In this document: positions 39,582-48,302 of the stretch, piece by piece
How positions within the stretch are numbered: the first letter of the stretch is position 1
Layout of the letters: each line of letters begins with the position of its first letter
Source: Candidatus Binatia bacterium
GTDB lineage: Bacteria > Desulfobacterota > Binatia > Bin18
Length of the DNA: 64,000 nucleotides
Direction of reading: 5' to 3'
NCBI GenBank assembly: GCA_963664395.2
Contig: OY761159.2
Location: 4,608,001 to 4,672,000, forward strand
The notes under the pieces: model-generated
What the model saw: the letters and a program-made list of their open reading frames with translations, nothing else
What the model was told of the DNA's origin: nothing
The model's database searches: none
Program-made: the position numbers and the translations under genes

Positions 39582-41498
39582 ATGGCAGTGCAAAAGCAAG
39601 CCTACACGGCAAAAGATATTACCGTTCTTGAGGGTCTCGACCCGGTTCGCAAACGACCCGGCATGTATATCGGCGGGGTTGATAGTACGGGGCTGCATCA
39701 CCTCGTCTGGGAACTCCTGGATAATGCGGTGGATGAAGCCATGAACGGCCATGCCAGTCGTATTGAAGTGAGCCTGCATACAGACGGCTCAAGCGTGACC
39801 GTGGCTGACAACGGGCGCGGGATTCCAGTAGACCTGCACCCGCAGTTCAAGAAGCCCGCGCTGGAGCTTATTCTGACTACCCTGCATGCAGGCGGGAAAT
39901 TTGGAGATCAGAATTACGCCCACTCTGGAGGTCTGCACGGAGTGGGGGCTTCCGTAGTCAACGCGCTGGCCGACCGCATGGTGGCCCGTATCCGCCGGGA
40001 TGGGGTGGAGTGGGAACAATGCTTTAGCCGCGGCAAAGCAACAACAAAGCTCAAACAAATTGGTGAGGCGCGTGGCCATGGCAGCACACTCACCTTTCAC
40101 CCCGACCCTGATATTTTTCCGTCTATTACGTTCACACCCGAGCGCATTGCCGAAAGATTGGAAGCCAAAGCCTATCTTCACAAAGGTCTGATACTGGTCT
40201 TTCGGAACGAGACAACCGGGCAAACGCAGCAGTTCCTGTATAAGGACGGCCTCAAAGCCTATCTCAATAAACTGCTCGCCGACGGTGAAAAAAAGGCCGT
40301 TATTCAGGATGTCTTCCATATCGAACGCGCCGCCTCGCCTCCCCTGGAGTGCGTGCTGACGTGGACGGAATCACCGGAAGAGCGCATCCACTCGTTTGTG
40401 AACGGCATCCCAACTCCTTTCGGCGGCACGCATGAAACCGGCTTAAAGACCGCCATTGTGAAGGCAGTTCGCAATTACATCAACGTCAACAACCTGACGC
40501 CCAAAGGGATGAACATTACCGCCGACGACACGCGCGAAGGGCTTGTTGCCATCCTCAGCCTGTATCTCAAACACCCTCAGTTTCAGGGCCAGACCAAAGA
40601 AAAACTCGGCAACCCGGAAACAACAGCGCAAATTGACAACCTGATCCGGACCTCCTTGGAAAATTTTCTGCTCAATAATCGCTCCCAGGCGGAGACGATT
40701 GCCCAGCGGGTGATACTGGCTGCGCGCGCGCGGTCTGCCTCACGCGCGGCTTTGGAAAGCGTGCGGAGTAAGGGGGCGGTCTCACATCGTCTGAACCTGC
40801 CCGGCAAGCTTGCCGACTGTTCCTCAACCAGCCCGGAGAAAAGCGAACTCTTCATCGTTGAGGGAGATTCTGCTGGTGGCTCAGCCAAGCAGGGCCGAGA
40901 TCGGGGCTTTCAAGCCATTCTGCCTCTGCGCGGCAAGGTTTTGAATACGGAACAGGCCTCGCTCAATAAAATCCTGACCAATAAAGAATTAAACGATCTT
41001 GTGTCGGCCTTGGGCTGCGGCGTGGGCAAGACGTTTGATCTGTCCAAGATCCGCTATCACAAAGTCTGTCTTTTGATGGACGCTGATTCGGACGGCAACC
41101 ATATTTGCACGCTCCTGCTGACTTTTTTCTACCTTTATCTGCCTGAACTGATTCAGGCCGGCTATGTCTATATTGCCAAGCCGCCGCTGTATAAAATCGA
41201 GATCGGCAAGGAAGTCTATTGGGCAGACGATGACGCAGACAAAGAACGCCTGCTGGCCCAGCAAAATGGACATGCCGGCAAGGCTCAAGTCCAGCGTTTT
41301 AAGGGCTTAGGTGAGATGAATCCGCGTACGCTCAAAGAAACAACACTCGACCCACGCACGCGCACCTTACTCCAGGTCTCTAATCACGATGACGAGCGAA
41401 CGAAAAAAGCCATCCAAACGCTGATGGGCAAAGATGTCCAGCCGCGCTTCAGCTTTATCATGGAGCGTGCCCCTAAGGTTGAAGAAGTAGACGTCTAG
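39582..41498 (+). CDS. parE: Type IIA topoisomerase subunit B (ParE/GyrB-like)
   Basis: VRKRPGMYIG, NAVDE, GGLHGVG, EGDSAGG, PLRGK, DADSDG, RFKGLGEM. Confidence 0.85.
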   Translation: MAVQKQAYTAKDITVLEGLDPVRKRPGMYIGGVDSTGLHHLVWELLDNAVDEAMNGHASRIEVSLHTDGSSVTVADNGRGIPVDLHPQFKKPALELILTTLHAGGKFGDQNYAHSGGLHGVGASVVNALADRMVARIRRDGVEWEQCFSRGKATTKLKQIGEARGHGSTLTFHPDPDIFPSITFTPERIAERLEAKAYLHKGLILVFRNETTGQTQQFLYKDGLKAYLNKLLADGEKKAVIQDVFHIERAASPPLECVLTWTESPEERIHSFVNGIPTPFGGTHETGLKTAIVKAVRNYINVNNLTPKGMNITADDTREGLVAILSLYLKHPQFQGQTKEKLGNPETTAQIDNLIRTSLENFLLNNRSQAETIAQRVILAARARSASRAALESVRSKGAVSHRLNLPGKLADCSSTSPEKSELFIVEGDSAGGSAKQGRDRGFQAILPLRGKVLNTEQASLNKILTNKELNDLVSALGCGVGKTFDLSKIRYHKVCLLMDADSDGNHICTLLLTFFYLYLPELIQAGYVYIAKPPLYKIEIGKEVYWADDDADKERLLAQQNGHAGKAQVQRFKGLGEMNPRTLKETTLDPRTRTLLQVSNHDDERTKKAIQTLMGKDVQPRFSFIMERAPKVEEVDV

Positions 41499-41503
41499 AT
41501 TTC

Positions 41504-41980
41504 ATGTCCAAGCGTCATCCCAGCCTGGTCTCCCTCTCGCGGGAGCATCATCACGGCCTCCTTCTCGCGTTCCGCATCAAACACGGGCTACCCAAAACGC
41601 GCCGGCCACACGACAGTCCGCAAGAGCAAGCGGCCGATACGGCGCACTTTTTCAAGAGCGGTTTGGCACCCCATTTTGCTGCAGAAGCCGATATCCTCTT
41701 TCCAGCGATTCGGGCCATGCAGCCTCAAGCGTCCGCCCTACTCGACCGGCTCATTCAAGAACATGCGGCCATGCGGGAGTTCGTGCACCAGATTGACCAG
41801 CAGTCTCCTGACGGGCCACAGTTGACGGAATTACTGATGTCATTTGGCACACTCTTAGAGCGGCATATTCGATGTGAAGAACGCGATCTTTTTCCGGTGT
41901 ACGAGGCGCACGTCTCTGAAGCCGAGGCGACCCGGATAGAACGAGCAATCTTCCGGGTGATCGGCGACGGTCTTGCTTGA
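41504..41980 (+). CDS. Hemerythrin HHE domain protein
   Basis: LSREHHH, HF..E, EH, HIR.EER.LFP. Confidence 0.85.
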   Translation: MSKRHPSLVSLSREHHHGLLLAFRIKHGLPKTRRPHDSPQEQAADTAHFFKSGLAPHFAAEADILFPAIRAMQPQASALLDRLIQEHAAMREFVHQIDQQSPDGPQLTELLMSFGTLLERHIRCEERDLFPVYEAHVSEAEATRIERAIFRVIGDGLA

Positions 41981-42055
41981 CAGTCGGAGTCACAACCGGA
42001 TAGGGGAAGCAGGAGCAGGTACGAGCGAATCTCAGGAATACGAGGAGGGCAAAGT

Positions 42056-42451
42056 ATGGAGTTCTTACACACCATGATCCGGGTCAACGATTTGGACGAG
42101 TCGCTTAAATTCTACTGCGAGGGGCTGGGCATGAAGCTGCTGCGCAAACAAGACTATCCAGGCGGTGAGTTTACTTTGGCTTTTGTTGGGTACGGTGACG
42201 AGAAGAATAATACCGTCGTCGAACTCACGCATAACTGGGGCACGTCAAGTTATGACCAAGGGAGCGCATTCGGGCATCTGGCTATCGGCGTAGATGATAT
42301 TTATGGGACCTGCGACGAGCTCAAAGGGAAGGGGATCAACGTGGTGCGCGAGCCCGGCCCCATGGCGCACGGCGGCGCGGTTATCGCCTTTATTGAAGAT
42401 CCGAATGGTTACAAGGTCGAACTGATCGATCTCAAAGGCACCCGCGGATAG
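42056..42451 (+). CDS. gloA: Lactoylglutathione lyase (glyoxalase I)
   Basis: LHTMIRV, FTLAFVGYG, ELTHNW, FGHLAI, FIEDPNGYKVEL. Confidence 0.95.
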   Translation: MEFLHTMIRVNDLDESLKFYCEGLGMKLLRKQDYPGGEFTLAFVGYGDEKNNTVVELTHNWGTSSYDQGSAFGHLAIGVDDIYGTCDELKGKGINVVREPGPMAHGGAVIAFIEDPNGYKVELIDLKGTRG

Positions 42452-42485
42452 GAAAAGTCTCTTTACCACGAATAAGGAGTTCCCA

Positions 42486-42878
42486 GTGCTACAAGCAGCA
42501 AAAGACTCAATTGACGTTGGTATTTTTGTCAAAGACATCAGCACCATGCTCGATTTTTACCAGGGCACGCTGGGTCTGGAAAAGACCGAGGAGGTGCCGA
42601 CCGCCTTTGGCACCATCCATCGCTTCCGGCATGGGACGAGTGACATCAAGCTCATGGACCCCAAAGAAGTACCACCGGCCGCGCCAAACGGTTTTGGCAA
42701 ACGCCTGGGCATAGGCTATCTCACCTTTGTGATCAAAGACCTGAGTGGGCTGTGTGCCGCACTCAAGGACAAAGGGGCTGAGTTCACCATTCCGGAAACC
42801 GAAATCCGCCCTGGCACCCGCATCGCCATGATCAAGGACCCCGAGGGCAATATTCTGGAGTTTGTCGAACGCGGCTAA
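42486..42878 (+). CDS. VOC/glyoxalase family protein
   Basis: FY.GTLGL, DPEGNILEF; AAGGAG RBS before GTG. Confidence 0.85.
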   Translation: MLQAAKDSIDVGIFVKDISTMLDFYQGTLGLEKTEEVPTAFGTIHRFRHGTSDIKLMDPKEVPPAAPNGFGKRLGIGYLTFVIKDLSGLCAALKDKGAEFTIPETEIRPGTRIAMIKDPEGNILEFVERG

Positions 42879-42890
42879 GACCGTGAGATA

Positions 42891-42939
42891 AGGGGATGCG
42901 GCTCCATCCCCCAGCCGGGTGGCCTCCCAGCCACCCGGC
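42891..42939. terminator. Two GC-rich hairpins between convergent genes
   Basis: ggggatg..catcccc and gccgggtggc..gccacccggc inverted repeats. Confidence 0.5.
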
Positions 42940-42977
42940 CAAAGATCAATACGGTCGCCACGGAAAAGGACCGAATC

Positions 42978-44249
42978 CTACGCACTTCGCCGCCGCCGGC
43001 CTCCCGGCCTGAAGTGTCGGATAGACCCACTGGCCAGACGCGCTCCACGCGAGGCATCCCGCTTCGCAAATCGGCGGATAGTGAAATGGGTTGGTTCAAA
43101 GCCTTTAATCATCTTGCGTGAGATCTCTGTGCCTAAAAGACTTTCGATTGCGCGGACTGCTTCGACCTCGTCGGACGAGGCAAACGTAAGCGCATCCCCT
43201 GTGGCCGTCGCTCGCGCGGTGCGGCCGATGCGGTGGACGTAATCTTCCGGGCGGTTGGGGACGTCAAAATTCACAACATGAGAAATTCCCTCAACGTCAA
43301 GGCCACGCGCGGCAACGTCGGTTGCGACTAAGACATCAACCTTTCCGCTCTTAAAGTTGTTGAGAACTTGTGTACGGACGTGCTGGCTCTTATCGCCGTG
43401 TAGAGCGGCCACACGCCGATTCGTCTGGGAAAGACGTTTGGATAATCGTTCCGCACGGACCTTTGTCCGCGTAAAGATAAGAACGTGCTTGAGATTCCCA
43501 TGCTGGAGGAGATAATGCAGGAGATCATTTTTCTGTTCGGCTTCAACCAAATAGAGTACGTGGCGTAGAGTCGCTACAGGCGTAGCGCGGCGCCCGACAT
43601 CAATCACCTCGGGTTCTCTCAAGGTATCTTGCGCAAGGCGCTCAATCTCTTGTGGCATGGTCGCTGAAAACAAGAGCGTTTGGCGCGATTCAGGTATCGC
43701 GGCAAGGATACGCCGGACATCGGGTAAAAAGCCCATATCGAGCATACGGTCAGCTTCGTCCAAGACGAGCACTTCGACATTGGCAAGCGAGACGTTGCCT
43801 CGGTTCAAGTGATCGAGGAGTCGTCCGGGTGTTGCGATTAACAGTTCCACCCCGCGACGGAGTTGATCAGCTTGGGGGCCGAGCCCGACACCGCCGTAGA
43901 CCACGGTTGACCGGACTGGCACGTATTTCCCGTAGGTTCGAGCACTTTCCCCTATTTGTACGGCGAGTTCGCGAGTCGGTGTCAGCACTAAAGCCCGTAC
44001 TTCCCCCCGCTCTTCTTGGGCGAAACGTTGAAGTATGGGAAGAAGAAATCCGGCAGTCTTTCCCGTTCCAGTCTGAGCACAAGCGAGCATATCTTTGCCA
44101 TCCAGGGCAACTGGAATTGCTTGTGTCTGAACAGGAGTCGGCGTTTCGTATTGCGCGTCTTCAAGAGCGCGTAAGAGCTCGGGCATCAGCCTGAGCCCAG
44201 AAAAACCAGAACAATCAGAAAGACCATTATTCGTACTATCTAGCGTCAA
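42978..44249 (-). CDS. rhlE: DEAD-box RNA helicase (RhlE-like)
   Basis: AQTGTGKT, PTRELA, TPGRL, DEADRM, SAT, ARGLD, HRIGRT.R. Confidence 0.9.
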   Translation of the reverse strand: MTLDSTNNGLSDCSGFSGLRLMPELLRALEDAQYETPTPVQTQAIPVALDGKDMLACAQTGTGKTAGFLLPILQRFAQEERGEVRALVLTPTRELAVQIGESARTYGKYVPVRSTVVYGGVGLGPQADQLRRGVELLIATPGRLLDHLNRGNVSLANVEVLVLDEADRMLDMGFLPDVRRILAAIPESRQTLLFSATMPQEIERLAQDTLREPEVIDVGRRATPVATLRHVLYLVEAEQKNDLLHYLLQHGNLKHVLIFTRTKVRAERLSKRLSQTNRRVAALHGDKSQHVRTQVLNNFKSGKVDVLVATDVAARGLDVEGISHVVNFDVPNRPEDYVHRIGRTARATATGDALTFASSDEVEAVRAIESLLGTEISRKMIKGFEPTHFTIRRFAKRDASRGARLASGSIRHFRPGGRRRRSA

Positions 44250-44504
44250 AGGACCATCTCTTTCTCCGTGCTGCCCAGGTGCGCGGACGGGTATGAGCGC
44301 TGACCATGCGTCAGCACATCGTGTTACTATGCAGAACCTGGGAAACGTGGAACTCGGGTCTGGGCAACCAGAGACCCGCTTCTGAGCGGGATTTCTTACA
44401 AGGGAAAAGAGACCTGCTCGCGGTTCGTTCTTCTATTATATAGACCCAGCATACCTGACAAACAGTGAAAATACTAGCCGGAGATTCTTTTTTTTAACTG
44501 GCCC

Positions 44505-44906
44505 CTAGGCGAGTTCAGTCTTGCGCTTCGTCAGGATGAGGGCCGATCCCAGCGAGACCCCAACCGCAACAATGGAGTAGAGGAGGTAGAAGAGACCCAA
44601 CTGATTGGCCTCTGGGGCAGCGCGGTACACAAAGAGCAAGAGGTTCACAATGACATACAGCGCATACGCATGCGCCATGCCCACAACGAAACGTTTCATA
44701 TTCCAGATGCCGTAGGCATAGACGAGCAAATAGAGGCCGGCCACGATGCCGGCTATCGTGTTTGGCATCCCGGACAACCGAGAACCAAAGAGCACAAAGC
44801 CGGTCTCCTCATTAATTTGGAGGGGTTTCAGCAAATTTGATATGGCTAAGATGGCAAACAGGACAGCAAAGACCGTGAGTACGCTACCACGTTCAGCTTG
44901 AGCCAT
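44505..44906 (-). CDS. Hypothetical four-TM membrane protein
   Basis: 133-aa ORF, AAGGAGG RBS, four hydrophobic segments. Confidence 0.75.
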   Translation of the reverse strand: MAQAERGSVLTVFAVLFAILAISNLLKPLQINEETGFVLFGSRLSGMPNTIAGIVAGLYLLVYAYGIWNMKRFVVGMAHAYALYVIVNLLLFVYRAAPEANQLGLFYLLYSIVAVGVSLGSALILTKRKTELA

Positions 44907-45047
44907 TGGGCCTCCTTGTGATCTGAGGCCTCAGGTTACAATACTTCCCACAGCCCAAGCAAGCGCGAGCGACAGGTAGCAATACCCGGAGAGTTCCGAT
45001 ACCAGAATCAGAGTCGAAAATACGCTGACACCTGAGAGGGGATAGTT

Positions 45048-45827
45048 ATGACAATACAACTACGTCAGATCTGTTTCGTTGCGGAGAAACTCGCGCCTGT
45101 GGTTGAAGACCTCAAATCCATATTCGGCCTGGAGGTATGTTTTGTTGATGCAGGTGTGGGCGTTTTCGGCTTAGAGAACGCCCTGTTTCCGGTGGGCTCA
45201 AACTTTTTTGAAGTCGTAGCACCGACCAAAGACAATACTGCCGCCAGCCGCTTTCTGCAACGTCGCAACGGCAATGGCGGCTATATGGTCATTTGCCAGT
45301 GCGATAGCCGCGAAACGCAACAGACCCGCAAGGCTCGGGCGGAAGAGCTGGGCGTGCGTATTGCCTGGGAGTGGGATATTCACGGCTTTCAGTGTATGCA
45401 GCTCCACCCTGGAGATACGGGCGGTGCCTTCTTTGAACTCGACTGGGACCCAAAAAATGAGCCCGAAGGGCATTGGGAACCGGCCGGTGGAGATGGTTGG
45501 GACACAGCCCGGCGGACGGATGTGGTCAGCAGCTACTCAGCCGTTGAGATGCAGTCCCAGGACCCCCGATCAATGGCCGAGAGATGGGCAGACATCGCGG
45601 GCATTCCGCTCAAGCAAGACGATCAAGGCCGCACGATCCTGGCGCTGGAGAATGCTGACGTGCGGTTTGTTGAGGCCACTGATGGACGTGGAGATGGTTT
45701 AGGGGGAATTGATATTGCTGTTGCTGATACACAGAGACTCCTGACTACGGCAGAGCAACGCGGGTGTCGCGTGTCGGACGAGCAGGTGGATGTGTGTGGC
45801 GTCCGTTTTTATCTCAAAGAGGCTTAG
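45048..45827 (+). CDS. Glyoxalase-like (VOC) domain protein
   Basis: LRQI, FGLEN, FFEVVAP, R.L.RR.G.GGYMVI, QLHP.D.GG. Confidence 0.8.
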   Translation: MTIQLRQICFVAEKLAPVVEDLKSIFGLEVCFVDAGVGVFGLENALFPVGSNFFEVVAPTKDNTAASRFLQRRNGNGGYMVICQCDSRETQQTRKARAEELGVRIAWEWDIHGFQCMQLHPGDTGGAFFELDWDPKNEPEGHWEPAGGDGWDTARRTDVVSSYSAVEMQSQDPRSMAERWADIAGIPLKQDDQGRTILALENADVRFVEATDGRGDGLGGIDIAVADTQRLLTTAEQRGCRVSDEQVDVCGVRFYLKEA

Positions 45828-45917
45828 GCCAAGCACGCAGGTCGGGTGAACGAAGCGTAGCTCGGCATCACATGTCGGGCAGCGCACGCGGCAGGAACAG
45901 ATATCCTACGCCCTCCC

Positions 45918-46364
45918 CTAATTGCCGTACTTCTGATCAATAAAATCCCTGATGACTGCCGGTGGGGCTCCTGATTCAAATAACGCCTGCGCATCCTGCG
46001 CTTCGCTTAAACAGTGCATTCAGCCAGCGGCATGATCGTCCACAAAGCAATCAAGTAGGTTTCCGTGTCCCATGGACTGATCACAGCCACAGTAGCAGTG
46101 CAGGCCCGCCAACACGTCCGGGATGGTTTGGGCGATGATATAGCCCTCTTTGACTGCTCCGCCGAAGAGGGCTGGAGATAATGTGTCAGGCAGACTGGTA
46201 TGGGTTGGAAGTTTTATGACTGACTTTTTCTTTTCTTGCTCAGGCGGGGTTTCGGGAGCCGTGCTCGTCTCGGCCAAGACAAGAGCAGGAGAGAACTCTG
46301 GCACATTGAGCCCAGAACCAATCCCCAAGGCGAGCATAAGGGCGACTATCAGATGGATGACCAT
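45918..46364 (-). CDS. PCYCGC-motif (CYCxC) secreted protein, probable selenoprotein with in-frame TGA at 46020-46022
   Basis: AAGGAG RBS, signal peptide, LHCYCGC, NLLDCF, then DDHAAG-TGA-MHC LSEAQDAQALFESGAPPAVIRDFIDQKYGN* continuing in frame to TAG at 45918. Confidence 0.8.
45978..46010 (-). promoter_or_regulatory. Putative bacterial SECIS hairpin
   Basis: Minus strand after UGA: taa-gc-gaa-GCGCA-gga-TGCGC-ag-gc-g-tta; apical loop begins with G about 24 nt downstream of UGA. Confidence 0.55.
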
Positions 46365-46487
46365 GCGTACGATCTCCTTTCGGTATGTGAACACACAGGG
46401 CCAGTGCTCAGGCTACCACACATCCCTACCCGGCCCAACACTGGAGTTCTGAGTGGCAACCACGCCGCCCTCTTCTCTCACATACGG

Positions 46488-47174
46488 CTACAGCACATCA
46501 AGGTGCAGGGGCTGGCGCTGGGAAAATGTATAGAGTTGGGCCGGTCGGTGAGCGCCCCGCCTTGTTTTAGAGAGCGGCTTGAGCAAACCGGAGCTGATAA
46601 TTTTTCGCCTGAAATTCCGTCGATCCAACTGACGATCGAGAATGATTTCGTAGACCTCCTGCAGTTCCGCAACCGTAAATTCCCGCGGCAGGAGACTGTA
46701 GACAATATTCGCGTAGCCCAGTTTGCTTTGGAGCCGTTGCAGCGCATATTCGGCTATCGCATTATGATCATAGGCAAGCGCGGGTAAGTCGTGCACCGGG
46801 AACCAATCAATGTCCGCATATTTTTCCCCGAGATGGGGAGTCTGCGCAAGCGGCGGGACGAGCGCAAAATAAGAGACCGACACGGTTCGCGCGGATGGGT
46901 CTCGGGTAGCACTTCCAAACGTATACAGTTGCTCCAGATAGAGGTCCCGTACTCCTGTTTTTTCATACAGCTCACGCTGGGCCGCATCGTCGAGCGATTC
47001 GTCCAACTGCACAAGGCCACCGGGGAAAGCCCAGCGACCCGCGAATCCACCTTTCTTAATCTTCACCAAAAGAGCGCGTAAGGCACCCTGAGTGATGGTA
47101 AAGAGCACCGAGTCAACGGCTACACGCGGATGAATTTGTTTTGCGGTACGCTGGCCTCCGTTTGATCTGCCCAC
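46488..47174 (-). CDS. nrtR: NrtR family Nudix-wHTH transcriptional regulator
   Basis: VAVDSV, WAFPGG..ESLDDAAQREL.EKTG, YLEQLYTFG..RDP, LAYDH, FT..EL..VYE, RNFRRKI, RPAQLY. Confidence 0.9.
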   Translation of the reverse strand: MGRSNGGQRTAKQIHPRVAVDSVLFTITQGALRALLVKIKKGGFAGRWAFPGGLVQLDESLDDAAQRELYEKTGVRDLYLEQLYTFGSATRDPSARTVSVSYFALVPPLAQTPHLGEKYADIDWFPVHDLPALAYDHNAIAEYALQRLQSKLGYANIVYSLLPREFTVAELQEVYEIILDRQLDRRNFRRKIISSGLLKPLSKTRRGAHRPAQLYTFSQRQPLHLDVL

Positions 47175-47183
47175 AGGAGCACA

Positions 47184-48197
47184 CTATGCATTGAGTTCAA
47201 GCATGCGGTCAAGTGAACGCTGGGCACCGATACGCGTCTCTTCCGGCAGCGTAATCTCAAAACGTCCTTCACGCAGAGAGTCACGCACCCCTTCGAGCGT
47301 AATCATCTTCATGTAGGCACACAATTTACAGCTCTTGTAGAATTTCTTTTCTGGGACTTCCAACAGCAAGCGGTCCGACAGGCCGCACTCCGTGACGATC
47401 AGAAACTCTTGAGCCGGGCTTTCTTTGGCGTAGCGCATCATCGCACTCGTTGAGAGGACGGCATCGGCTAATGCGATCACATCTTCCCGGCACTCGGGAT
47501 GGACGAGCACTGACACCTGCGGGAGTTTGTCCCGTACCTCTTGAATCTGCTCCGGCGTGATCTGATGATGAACGTAGCAGTTGCCCTCCCACGCAATAAT
47601 GTTCTTGTGGGTTTCGTTTTGGACATAGCGGGCCAAGTTCTCATCTGGCACAAAGAGGATGTTCTCCGTGTCGAGCGCCTCTACTACTTGGACCGCATTC
47701 GACGAGGTGCAACACACATCAGACTCGGCTTTGACATCCGCAGTCGTGTTGACGTAGCAGACCACTTGGAGATCGGGATACACTTTGCGTAGCTCTTCTT
47801 TCCGATCAGCCAAGGCATCCCCCGTAATACTCTCAGCCAGGGAGCAACCAGCCCGCAGGTCAGGGAGTAGTACTGTTCGCTCAGGATTCACGATCTTGGC
47901 GGTTTCGGCCATAAAGTGGACACCACAAAAGACAACAACCTCAGACTCAACCTGTTTTGACTGGCGGGCTAATTCGAGTGAATCGCCGATCACGTCAGCC
48001 ACCTCAAAAATCTCCGGACGTTGGTAATTGTGGGCCAGGATGACGGCGTTATGCTGGTGCTTCAGCTTGTGAATCTCATGAATCCAGTCTGCGTATTGGG
48101 TGCAAGCGTCCAGCGTATAGCCGCTGTCGAGTTGAGCCAGGTGCTCGTAGAGTTGGTGCGGAGTCTTTTCTTGAGGGCTGGTCAATCCGTTGTGCAT
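47184..48197 (-). CDS. nadA: Quinolinate synthase
   Basis: LAHNYQ, FCGVHFMAE, AGCSLA, YVNT, CTSSNA, CYVH, HPEC, C.YMK. Confidence 0.96.
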   Translation of the reverse strand: MHNGLTSPQEKTPHQLYEHLAQLDSGYTLDACTQYADWIHEIHKLKHQHNAVILAHNYQRPEIFEVADVIGDSLELARQSKQVESEVVVFCGVHFMAETAKIVNPERTVLLPDLRAGCSLAESITGDALADRKEELRKVYPDLQVVCYVNTTADVKAESDVCCTSSNAVQVVEALDTENILFVPDENLARYVQNETHKNIIAWEGNCYVHHQITPEQIQEVRDKLPQVSVLVHPECREDVIALADAVLSTSAMMRYAKESPAQEFLIVTECGLSDRLLLEVPEKKFYKSCKLCAYMKMITLEGVRDSLREGRFEITLPEETRIGAQRSLDRMLELNA

Positions 48198-48222
48198 AAT
48201 CGCTCTCCAGTTGATACGCTTC

Positions 48223-48270
48223 AGTTTGCGTAATATAGACGCATACTTTTACGTCATTCTGACGCAAACT
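48223..48270. promoter_or_regulatory. Two tandem NrtR-type operators (GT-N7-AC palindromes)
   Basis: agtttgcGTaatatagACgcatact (48223-48247) and cttttacGTcattctgACgcaaact (48246-48270), upstream of nadA-nrtR. Confidence 0.75.
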
Positions 48271-48302
48271 AGAGATGGTTGTCAACCGGAGTGGGAGAAG
48301 GC

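Noticed and set aside
41504-42878. Hemerythrin + two VOC genes behind the topoisomerase as a drug-resistance cassette
   Set aside because: One gene is a canonical gloA and the others are common families; co-orientation alone is insufficient evidence.
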